A stretch of DNA of 64,000 nucleotides from Balanoglossus misakiensis (Eukaryota; Animalia; Hemichordata): assembly GCA_040954595.2 (NCBI GenBank), contig CM082586.2, forward strand, positions 7,843,337 through 7,907,336, given 5' to 3'. The notes under the pieces are model-generated. The model made no database searches. It saw nothing but the letters and a program-made list of their open reading frames with translations, and was not told the origin of the DNA. Position numbers and translations under genes: made by a program. The stretch's first letter is position 1. Every line of letters begins with the position of its first letter. Shown here piece by piece: positions 51,501 to 63,540 of this stretch.

Positions 51501-53382
51501 CACGCTGGACTGGCTGTCAGATGGAATAACCCTACTTACTAATTAGTGATAATGGTTTATTTAGATGGAAAATTTATAACTTTTACTGTCACTTAATACT
51601 TAAAGGCACGTAAGCTGCAACTGGATAAAAAATCAATGTTTTAAATAATCTCATATATGCTTTTAATTATATCTATTAAATGCTATTTCATGATAATATA
51701 TCAAGCTCAACACTTATTTATGACAAAATGGCCAAAAATTAAAGAAAAACGAAAATTCCTGAAATTTTTAAAAAAGTGCAATATTGCAATGAAAAATGAC
51801 AATCTGATGTCTCAGTGGTGTACATTTACTTCCATGAGCTCAAGTGGATGAGATCATGTTTTGTTTATGAAGTTTCACAACCGGAAATGCGACATTTTCA
51901 TTGTTTCTTTCATTTTCCCACGGTGGCGGCCATAATCGCTTGCGGCAAAGCTTTATTATTTATCTGGTTAAAACTTGCATATGCACTCATATTTAGGGTT
52001 TATAATGCTTGTGTATAGTTCACTGCCTTCATCTGCATGGACTTATGGTAGTGCAGTGTGAAACAAAAATTATGAAAATTATCCCAAAAGTTACAGCTTA
52101 CGTGCCTTTAAAGGGACAAAGTCTCTCTCTCGCTGCCCTTTTTCCATTAATTATGTTTGATACAAGACACTATTAATGTTATTCTACATGTAGATATATA
52201 GTGAATCAATGTTCGACCACACAAAACTTCCATCCCACTTGTATGAAATGAGAGTAAAAACTCGCCCAAAATGAATAAATGGTAAAGAATGATTATTCAT
52301 TTTGGCGAGTTTTTTCACTCTCCTGTCTATAAGAGGGATGGAAGTTGTGTGTGGTTGAACATTCATTCACTATATATCTATATGTAGAATAACAAATTGT
52401 GTCTTGTATCAAATATAATTAATGGAAAAAAGGGCAGCGAGAGAGAGACTTTGTCCCTTTAATACAGGAACAACCAAATTAAACATTGTCAAACATTTCA
52501 AGAAGCGGAAACTTGTATTAAAATGTTTCTTGTGCTCTTTCTCTACAGATCCGTGGAATGACAGTAAGTAACACTATGCACAAATTGCACAAATATTAAA
52601 ATTTCTATGTACTGGTGCTTGTGTGTGTGGGTATGTATGTATGTATGTATGTATGTATGTATACATGCATGTATGTAAATTACCTAGGGAGGTTGAAGTT
52701 TTGATGGATAGTTTTCTTGTTGGCACTGATTTATCAGTTGATTGATTTGCTTACTCATTATCATATTTATTGCCTATTTATTTACTATTTTTATGAATTT
52801 GATCATTTTTATGAGGACCCTGATGTAAATTAAAATTTGTTTCTTGTGATCAGGTTACCCTCTTTCAATGAAGTATGACAATAATGATTGAGGTTTCATC
52901 AAAGAGACTACCCTTATTTGGAAAGCTTTGCTCAATGTCATTCACCTCTTCATTGCTAAAAGCAATGTACACATCAATAATATATGACACATTTGCTGGA
53001 CTATGCTGTCAGATAGAGAGCCAAGTAGACCAAGCACAATTTAAGGGAAAAATTTCACTCCCTCATGGCCAATCAATATGTATTGTCCTCGTGCAGAAAC
53101 TTATATTAAAATGTTTCTTCTGCTCTTCCTTTACAGACCCTGCACGGGAAGGTGAGTTTTACTCTTATGAAACAAGTATGTATGTATGTATGTATGTATG
53201 TATGTATGTATGTATGTATGTATGTATGTATGTATGTATGTATGTACCGGTATGTATGTATGTATGCATGTATGTATGTCAAGAAGGGTAGTAGCTACTA
53301 CCCTTCTTTATACTCCGCTCTACTCTTGTATTAAGCACTTTGGATTGGACCAGTTGAATCGCATACTTCGTATGTATGTATG

Positions 53383-53413
<31 letters not shown>

Positions 53414-56400
53414 CGTTTGCATGCTTAAACTTTATGTTAGTTACCTATCATATTGTCTTCTTGATCTAATCACAGGAAAGAGAGAAGATTTGTCAAAGCG
53501 TTGTAAGTAATACGTTTTTTTTTATTTGGACAGACAGACACATACATACATACATACATACATACATACATACATGTGTCTCTTGGTCTACAAAACAGTG
53601 GAATTGATATCATAATACACATATACATGCACACAAATGATTATAAACCACTTTAAAGCACCAACACATAAGTCATCGCTGACATTGCACAGGATGAAAT
53701 GTCAGCGATTGTCTGCATTGAGACAATGTACCGGTCAGTATACAGCGACCGATGCAGGACCGGTTGTACAAACTAGCCAATCAATAACGATAGCTTAAAG
53801 TGTTAATCCTTCATTATAAGTCGAAACATATTGAGACGATCAACCAAATTGAACTGATCATGAATGTCATCCAAAGGCAGAGACTTGTGTTAATCGTTTG
53901 GTCTGCTCTTTCTATACAGATCCCTGGGGGGAAGGTATGTATGTATAATATCTACAACTGGACTCACTCATGAGAAGACAGGCTGGGTTACATGCATATA
54001 TACAGGTGGTGGATTGTTTGATGGTTGGTAGTTTTGCTTAACATGGTGATATGAATGTGCAGGGAGATGAGTGGGGAGATACTGCCTATTGTTTCTCCAG
54101 CTGCCCTTACTTTATATTCAGCTCAGCTTTATTATCGAGTACTTTGTATTGGACTAGTCAAACCACATATTGTATGTACCATATGTATGTATACCTTATT
54201 ATCGCCCACTATGAACATCAAACTTCAAGACATTATTCAACTGTTTCTTTTCACCACCTATGTAACTTATAACAGATTGAATAAACCGCATTGCCATTAT
54301 TTTAGATTATAAATGCAACAAGTTTTAATGATCTGTCGATCGCTGTATCTTTCATGTAAAAATCACAATTACTGGTACCTGAGTACAGTGCGTAGTACAG
54401 AGATGACATGAAAATGTTATGGTTCCATGACTTTCGCCTTATCGCTTACCAAAATCAACAGTAGAAAAACTTGGGAAATATGACAGCAGAAACAATGTGT
54501 CACAAATGTGTTAGAGAATTGACAAGCACATGCAGTATATGAGTTTGGTTAAAAAATTGCATATTGTTCCTTCTAGCTTTGACTAGCTTTGGTTTTCAAA
54601 ATCAAAACGGTGCCGTTTCATTTGCATGTTTTGAAATATTTTGTCCCACCTCTTCTAACAATAAATATGAAGACTGTTCATATGATAAACACAGAATGCA
54701 TTCAATATTTTTCTGTGTACTGGTATACTCATAGAAAGCAGTCATGTAAACGAAGATATCAAATACAGAAATATCATTGGATATGTCATATTGGCTATGC
54801 AATTATCAATCATTTTAACGAGCAGAAACTTGTATAAACAAATGCTTCTTTTCTTCTTTTCCTTTTCTACAGACATGTATTATCGTAAGTAGACCAAGCA
54901 CAATTTAAGGGAAAAATTTCACTCCCTCATGGCCAATCAATATGTATTGTCCTCGTGCAGAAACTTATATTAAAATGTTTCTTCTGCTCTTCCTTTACAG
55001 ACCCTGCACGGGAAGGTGAGTTTTACTCTTATGAAACAAGTATGTATGTATGTATGTATGTATGTATGTATGTATGTACCGGTATGTATGTATGTATGCA
55101 TGTATGTATGTCAAGAAGGGTAGTAGCTACTACCCTTCTTTATACTCCGCTCTACTCTTGTTAGAGAATTGACAAGCACATGCAGTATATGAGTTTGGTT
55201 AAAAAATTGCATATTGTTCCTTCTAGCTTTGACTAGCTTTGGTTTTCAAAATCAAAACGGTGCCGTTTCATTTGCATGTTTTGAAATATTTTGTCCCACC
55301 TCTTTTAACAATAAATATGAAGACTGTTCATATGATAAACACAGAATGCATTCAATATTTTTCTGTGTACTGGTATACTCATAGAAAGCAGTCATGTAAA
55401 CGAAGATATCAAATACAGAAACATCATTGGATATGTCATATTGGTTATGTAATTATCAATCATTTAACGAGCAGAAACTTGTATAAACAAATGCTTCTTT
55501 TCTTCTTTTCCTTTTCTACAGACATGTGGGGTTATCGTAAGTATTACATGGCGCAAAAAGTCGTATGTATGTATGTATGTATGTATGTATGTATGTATGT
55601 ATGTATGTATTCAGCAAGTCTGTTAATCAATAACAACACATTCTGTTTATACCGCATGCACTTGTATTGAAAATGTTCTATTCTGTCCTTCCTTCCAGAA
55701 CCATGGGCTTTAGGTAAGTACATGTATTATTGTGTTTTAACACTTTATATTAAATTTTGAAAGTCTGGTGTATGACCCAAATATAACCATAGCTGTGTAT
55801 TGTATAAGAGCAAAATTTCCCTCTATAAACACCAATTCACAAAAAAATGTTGAACAAATCAAACATTGGTTTAAAGTGGCATAACGTAACTCTTGCATTA
55901 AATATACATCCCTCACTATTAGTACATAATGATAGTAACAACAAGATTGTCAATCGATCGCAACAACAGAAACTTATTATTATTTATTTATGTATGTATA
56001 AATGCATGTGTGTTTGTACGCGGGCAAATTTCTTTTTATTATTTTATGTGTCATTATTGCATGTATTACCTACTCTGTTCCAATCACAGGAAAGAAAAGA
56101 GTTGATTCATCCAAACGTGGTAAGCAATGAAAAATTAATGTTAGATATTATTTGTTAAGCAAGGCATTTTATGTGAAATCTGCAAAGATCACTACTTAAG
56201 GGATGGCACAAAATTGTGATACATTATTTACTCGCAATTTGCAATAATAACTTTAACATTCTCTGTTGCCTTATTAGAGCGAAAATAAATGGGTGATAAT
56301 AAAACTTATTTTGTGTTGTGGTCTTCTCTATTGATTATGTTTCTGATTCTAGCATTATTCATTAAAATAGATGGGGTTGAAGCAACAATGCATGGATATG

Positions 56401-58164
56401 AACGAGAAGCAGGAGAAACACAAGGTAAGGTGATCAAAACCCATTGACCTGTATATTGAAGATGAGTACTTTTAGTATCATAACTTCGTTCGACTATAGT
56501 TTCATTCAATAGCACTTTTTTAGTATGTGTTATTTACATGGTTAAATTTGAAAATGTTTCCATTATACAGAAAGGAAACATCATAATTCAATACTCTGTT
56601 CTAATCACAGGAAAGAAGAGAGTTGATGCATCCAAACCTGGTAAGTAATGAAAAAGTAATGTTAGATATTATTCGTTGAGCAAAGCATTTTCTTATTATG
56701 TGCACTTTGTATATTTTAAAAATAACAAGTTATTGAGGTGTCATCTTCGTCTTAACAATTTGCAATGGATTTTTGAAAATAGCAAAAGGTATGATCACAA
56801 ATTTGTGTCTCACCCCAATATGATGAAATACAGATTTTTGAGACATCATTGGGAATGTTTCATTTACTTATCTAAATATGAGATGTTGTGATTTTATTCG
56901 TGTATGCATGGATGCATTTTTATGCATCTTTGTATGTGGGCAAACATTATTTATTACTTTGTGTGTTATTGTTTCATGCATTACCTACTTTGTTCTAATC
57001 AAAGGAAAGAAGAGAGTAGATTCTTCCAAACGTGGTACATGTAATTAATGAAAAGTAATGTTAGACATTATTCGTTGAGCAAGGCATTTTTATGCAAAAT
57101 CTGCAAAGGTCACTAATTAGGGAATGTACCGGCAATTTGCAATGATAACTTTAACACTCTCTGTTGCCTTATTAGAGCGATAATAAATTAGTGATAATAA
57201 AACTCATTTTGTGTTGTGGTCTTCTCTATTGATTATGTTTCTGATTCTAGCATTTTTTCATTAAAATAGACGACGTCAAAGCCACCATGCGTGAATATGA
57301 ACGAGAAGCAGGAAAAACACGAGGTATGGTGATCAATGCAATTACATTATGTTCATATCTTTACAGGATCACACTAAAATACAAGTTGACCTTGATCACA
57401 ATGTGCGCCTTTTTTTCTGCTGTCTATCTAAAATGTCCAGAAATGCACTTTGCCTAAATTGTATTTACCAATTCTGGTTGTCAGAGCTTAAACTTTGCAA
57501 CTTCCATTGTGTTCATGGTAAAAAAAACTGGCAACTTTTTGTGAATTGCAATTTCAACTATGTATGCGTTATATGACCAATCTATAACCATGATTTTGTT
57601 AGCCCAAAATGTAAATCACTCACTATTGGTCTATAAAATTGAAAGTTCCTCCAACTACAACAGAATGTCAATAATATGCACAATCAGAAACATGTACTTA
57701 GAAATGTAATGTTCTGTTCTTTCTCTCTAGATGAGCCTTGTAAGTATTACTCTGCATTTTATGTATGTATGTATGTATGTATGTATGTATGCATGCATGT
57801 ATGCATGTATGTATGTATGTATGTATGTATGTATGTATGTATGTATGTTGTGCGTATGTAGGTATGTATTCATGTATGTTATGTGTGTAGGCATGTATCC
57901 ACCTGTATGTGTTATGTTGGACAAATTGTACGCACAAGCAATTCAAATGCAATCCACAACATACCATGCTTCAATAAAGGCGTGAGATATAAACCCCTAA
58001 ATATTATCCAATACATATTGACAGTAACACATACCAAACATCATATAATAAATCATTAAATAAGCATAAATGTGCATTAACACTTTTCATTATTTTCTCC
58101 TCTCCAGATTGGAATGGTAAGTATTGGGAGCTGTTCCATTTGTAATGTATTGTTCTATATATAA

Positions 58165-58195
<31 letters not shown>

Positions 58196-59084
58196 TGTAT
58201 GTATGTATGTATGAAGGGGTGTATGTATGTACAATGTAAAATAATACACTTATCACTCATGAAAATAATATCCGAACTGCACAGATCGCGCGCACAGGTC
58301 ATGAAGTTCTGTCATATTGGTATACATGTCCCCACAAATAATGTGGATGTCTTTGCAGGCGAAGTATCATGTATCTTGGTCTATACTTGTAAACATTATG
58401 ATTTGCTCTTTCTTTCCAGGTTTTTGGGATGATTGTAAGTATTACAATGTGTTTATATTGCCTGAAGACCTAAAAGTTAAGTTAACCAAAATACATAAAT
58501 GCCGTCGTAAATATGACGTTGTTCTGCAATTCCCTCAAAATGTTCGCTGTGATGTACATAAGAGCTTGGCAATTTTGTGAGAATGCACACACACACATGT
58601 ACTATTGCAAAATTGACACATTTTAGTCACATTTCAGGATACTTGTTTTATAAGGTATATAAGGACAATTTCAATCATGGGGGAATTTCCTTTGGTTAGA
58701 TGGGCACATCCTGCTCTGGACACTACCCACTAAAACAGAATATACATCATCATAAATAATATTTCCATAATTGACAGCCTCTACATAATCGATGCAGATC
58801 TGGTCTTCCGCAATATCATTTAACTAACAAAAATGTCCCTAAACATTTGACAATAGCCACGAAATACTGAATTAGCTAGGTGGAGATCATCATTGTACAG
58901 TATTTGATAGAGTTTTGGCCAAGTGTGCGATAGTTACATAAGGGTGGGAGTCCAAGATTATTTGAAGATCCAACCTTTCCAATTGATGATCATGCTGTGT
59001 TTTGTCGTCAAATGTATGTTCTTTCACTATAAGTATGTATCCTGTTGTTTTTTCTCTTTCTTTACAGATTTGTGGATTTTTTAA
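48578..59084 (+). CDS. Micro-exon secreted multi-peptide precursor, copy 3 (180 aa if all 20 exons are used); exons 48578..48677, 49113..49166, 50633..50644, 52549..52563, 53137..53151, 53476..53502, 53920..53934, 54873..54884, 55001..55015, 55522..55536, 55699..55713, 56090..56119, 56371..56424, 56611..56640, 57005..57034 (weak sites), 57270..57323, 57731..57739, 58108..58116, 58420..58434, 59068..59084; terminal exon from 60750
   Basis: The spliced frame is open: [180 protein letters not shown]. All 18 internal exons are multiples of 3 and phase 1, with AG/GT ends. Confidence 0.8.
49410..50261. mobile_element. Insertion of about 850 bp, possibly a solo LTR
   Basis: GC-richer block absent from the paralogous intron of copy 2. 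Its ends are gggatgaa.. and ..ttcatcaca, a degenerate TG..CA with a short inverted repeat. No clear TSD. Confidence 0.4.
51604..52107. mobile_element. Kolobok-type MITE (AGGCACGTAAGCTG TIR, TTAA TSD)
   Basis: ttaa|aggcacgtaagctgcaact ... agttacagcttacgtgcct|ttaa; a partial relative lies at about 60050-60490. Confidence 0.75.
52112..52458. mobile_element. Kolobok-type MITE (AGGGACAAAG family), copy 4
   Basis: TTAA at 52108-52111 (shared with the preceding MITE) and at 52459-52462. Confidence 0.8.
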
Positions 59085-61993
59085 CGGTGTGTATTACCTT
59101 TTTAAGTTTTCTTAATTTCGAAAATCCTTTATTGTTTGGCTTATTGTGATAATTAGTCAACTATGGAACATAAGGTCCATAGGTAGCATATATACATCGT
59201 CATTTGATAATCAAGTTTAATATAAGAATACTTAAGCAAGAAAAGTCAGCAATAAGTCTTACAAAGTTAGGATGATATGTCACAACGCACTAACTTTGTG
59301 CTCATATCTTTCCTCGATCACACTTAATCTAAATTATATTATTTCATTCTACCATCCCCCATTCTGATTGGACGCGAGCTCAATCCAGCGATGCCAAAAT
59401 ACTCATATAGCACTGCTAAAGCGGGGCCCTGAACTAGCATGCAGCAGCAAAAAATGTGCCGTTAAACCAGTCGTGTGGGATTAAACCAAATAAAAAAAAT
59501 AAAAATACTGTTGAATTAACGGATGTTTTATTTTTGAACTGCTCTGTGGGAATATAGGTCACTTTGCCATGCGCGTGCCTGTCTTGTCACTTTTTTTTTC
59601 GTCTGCTTCATGTTTAATGCTCCATCCCGGGCGCTCGTGTTTACATTCATCGTTGCCATGTTGGTTCGCGTTACGGTAACTCCTATTTCTGACGCTGTTT
59701 CGTAAAGAAAATGCCACTGATATGCCACAAAATCAATTGTTGATTTAATATAATAGCAATACTCGATTTGGTTACAATTCGCTCCATATAGCACTCGCCT
59801 ATGTCTCGAATTGTACCCAAATCTTGTGTATACCCGCCTGCGGGTTATTGCTTAAATATAAGTTGAACTTGACCACAATGTGCTGCTATTAGCACAAATA
59901 AACACTAGCTTTCTTCTGCTGTCTACCTAAAATGTCCACAAATGCCCGAGATCTCGCGAGACTTGGTTAATTACTGTAGCAACGGTTCGCTAGCCAATTA
60001 GAATAAGCGAAACCATATGAAACCATAATAGATTTAAAGTTTAAAGTCACATAAGCTGCAACTTTTGGGATAATTATCATTTTTATATGTATTACCATTA
60101 GCCCATGCAGATGTAGTCACTGAACTATAGACAAGTATTGTAACCCCCCAAAAAGTGCATATACAAGTTTTAACCAGATAAATAGTAAAGCTTTGCAACA
60201 AAGGAATATGTAGGAAAATGCAAGAAACAATGAAAACACTACATGGCATTTCATAAAAAAATCATGGTCTCATCCACTAGAACTCATGGAAGTAAATGTA
60301 CTCTGCTGAGACATTGCATTCTCATATTTCCATTCCAATATTGCACTTTCAAAAAAAATTGCAGGAATTTTTGATTTTCTTTATTTTTTTTGCCATTTTG
60401 TCATAAATAAGTGTTTATCTTAATTAAGAGCATATATGGGTTTCATTTAAAGCTTAATTTTTTTTTATCCAGTCGCAGCTCATGTGCTTTTAACATTTGC
60501 GCCTTAACACGCGATCGGCCATATACTGCTTGTCCAGTGCTGCATGAGAATTTCAACTTATAAACTGTCTTCACGTGATACCTCACGGAGTTCAGAATAT
60601 GGTCGAGTAGCATTTGACTTCAGTAAAAAATGTTGATGTGTGTGTCATGAATAGAAATCAATTATCTCATCAATGGACACTCAATAGCATTATAACTTTC
60701 TATTTTTTTCGCCTAACAAATTTTAAATGTAAACTTTGACTTCTTTCAGGACAACTGTTATATCTGGGAACAAGTTTAAGACTGAATAAAGGACACCAGC
60801 GACTGCAGCAAGCATAATGGCATTTGATTAAATGGAGTCATATTACTTATGTATTCTATCTAGTTCTGTTACTGTATGATTCATAATTATATAGTCATGT
60901 ATCAATTACACAGTTGATTTAGAGTATCAAGGCTAGCATATAAGTATTTAGGGTTTCTTTAGCATTTGAGTAATGATCCTTTTTATGTCGAAACTTATAA
61001 AGTAATAAAAAGGTAATGCATCATCAATATTGTTTATTCAGTCTATATTAAGTAACAGCTATTTCGCATATTTAACCAATTTATACACTGTACAATGTAC
61101 ATGTATTTCCAATTTTGGGCAACCAATAGGGTCAAGGCGAAGTTGCTTTACAAACATGCACCAATATTGAACTTGAATGTGTTGCAAAATGTCTAGACGT
61201 CTGTGTCGCTCTATGAAAATACATTAAGCTAAACAAATATGCTATGATTCAAAATACTTTGACAATATATACAACTAATCTGCCCTCCACTATTATAGCC
61301 AAATGTACATGTACCGCTCGTAGCTCTTTCTGTATTGCCCTATATATCTATAAATCTCTTACTTTACTTCAACCAATTCCAACAATTTATAGCTATTTTG
61401 AGTTTTAAAATTTTATTTTTGGAAACACGTTCACTCACACAATCTGTCATCATTGCTGCTTGCTTTGCAGACATCTACGAATGGTTTGAATTAGCTTCCT
61501 TTTAAATGGTGACAAAACATACATTGTAGATTTCAGTTAACATACTGAATCTGTAGGAAATATTGCAGATTATATTATATCATGCTACCGTCCGCAATTC
61601 TGATTGGACGAGAGCTCAATCCAGCGAGGCTAAAATACTCAATACACTGCTAAAACGGGCCCCTGAACTAGCATACGGCAGCAAAATTGTGCGGTTAAAC
61701 CACAGTCGCGCGTGTTTAAACCAAATAAATAAAACAAAAATACTGTTGAATTAACGGACGTTTTATTTTGAAACTGCTCTGTGGAAATATTTGTCACTTT
61801 GCCACGCGCGATGCCTGTCTTGTCACTTTTTGTCGTCTGCTTCATGTTTAATGCTTGATTGTCGATATAATATAATAGCAATAACCCCCGCCTCAGTCTG
61901 GTATACACTCGATTTGGGTACAATTCGCTCCATATAGCACTCGCCTGACGGCTCGTGCTATATGTCTCAAATTGTACCCAAATCTCGCGTATA

Positions 61994-62175
61994 CCGTTAA
62001 AGTCATTTTATAAGACGCACCTTTTTTGAGTGACAGTGTGTGCCGAAAAGGGGGTGCGACTTATAATACCAATGTTCTGTTGTATTCATTTCCTTAAAAT
62101 CTCCTCCCAAACAAGTCTTTCAAAGAAGGTGTGCGACTTATAATACCGCTGCGACTTATAAAGTGACTTTAACGG
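61994..62175. mobile_element. Tc1/mariner-type MITE (CCGTTAAAGTCA TIR, TA TSD)
   Basis: ta|ccgttaaagtcattttataagacgca ... tgcgacttataaagtgactttaacgg|ta. Confidence 0.75.
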
Positions 62176-62399
62176 TATTACTTAATTATAGCCATCCATT
62201 TGAATTTGCAAAAATAAGCCTACATTAGTTAAATTAGCCAGTTTTCCCAGAACATTTCATTGGTATTTGTCTAGTAGTTACTACCATCGTAACCGCATTC
62301 AAGAGGGTGATGATAAGGGAGATGTTTAAGATCACAGCTGAGCCATCTGTTGCAAGGGCTACTAACACTAAAGTTCCACCAGACGAAATTCCATCGCAG

Positions 62400-62950
62400 T
62401 TTCTGAACTATTTCATCGCCAAGGTTTTGCGACTTCGAGAAGGTCTACCCATGCAGTCTCAATGTTGATACTGTCAATGTACTACCACCCCACACTTTCC
62501 CATCTTTCAGCATTACGTCTGCTGAGTAAGACTGTCCTTTGCGTGTCCACAATGACATCATGCTTGCTCTCAACGACAAAAAGGTGTTCTCCTTGTCATA
62601 CTAGATTCATCGGCCACGTTTGACACAGTTGACCATGACATTCTGCTACTCAGACTCAATATCGTTTTCGCATTACTGGCACCGCTGTATTGTTGTTCAG
62701 ATCATATCTCGACAATCGTTATCAGTATGTCAAGGTACAGTCAAGGTACAAAGTACAATGATGAAGTACAGTGTCCCCCCAAGGTTCGGTGTTGGGTACT
62801 GTTCTGTTCACTCTATACATGGCACCAATTGAAGACATCATGGTTTATTAAACTACATGATGTATTCAGATGAATCACAGGTCTATGTTGTTTGTGATAG
62901 AGCGAATGAAGTCGAAGTCTCTGTCGAGGTACGCGTGAACGAAATTAGCA
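62400..62950 (+). mobile_element. Degraded CR1/L2 LINE RT fragment (empty-site paralog of the DIRS target)
   Basis: TFDTVDHDILLLRL and VPPRFGVG (frameshifted VPQGSVLG) motifs; aligns across both DIRS flanks. Confidence 0.75.
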
Positions 62951-63367
62951 GCAGGGGCAGTGTCATGAATTCAAGTTTTACATATTCATAGTTTCTTTTG
63001 TTCACACTTTTGTTAACATTTTTTCCAGAGTGTTTTGTGTACAGGAGGAAAACGGTAGCAGCAATGGTTCTTACGTTCCGGTTATGTTTTTCATATCCAA
63101 GATTTTTGCAGCTGTTCTTTTGGATATTTGAAGTGCCAACGCCTGTTCGAAAGACTGGTGGAGTTCGGAAGTTTGTGAAACTTCTAGTATTTGTGCATAT
63201 TGCAGTTGGATAAGATTTGAGTGATTTACCTGTATTACATACGGTAGCGTATACCCTTACGAAGTTGTTTTCTTGCGGTAAACATGTGGCGAAGTTGCGG
63301 CACGCAAATTTCTGACTGCAAAATTGTGGCGACTATTCGCTGATGGTCGCCAGTACCGGCACACTTC

Positions 63368-63540
63368 TGGCGATCAGTCAAGCCTTTTGTGGCACGTATG
63401 CCGCAACATTTAAGTAAACACAGAGTGTCTTGTACTACTGGTGATCAGTGGAGCCTTTTGCGGCGCATATACAGCAAAAGTAAAGTAAACAAGGAGTTTG
63501 ATATTATCTGGTGATCAGTGGAGTCTTTTGCGGCACGGTT
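63368..63540. repeat. About 2.5 copies of a 70-bp minisatellite
   Basis: tgg(t/c)gatcagt..ag(c/t)cttttg(c/t)ggc at 63368, 63439 and 63509. Confidence 0.65.

Noticed and set aside
51461-51529. Strong-looking acceptor inside micro-exon gene copy 3 (also 54100 and 57366)
   Set aside because: No suitable nearby donor giving a 3n exon, so excluded from the gene model
24782-58432. Many ORFs with MYVC or HTYI repeats
   Set aside because: These are translations of intronic (TATG)n microsatellites; the real coding parts are the micro-exons embedded nearby
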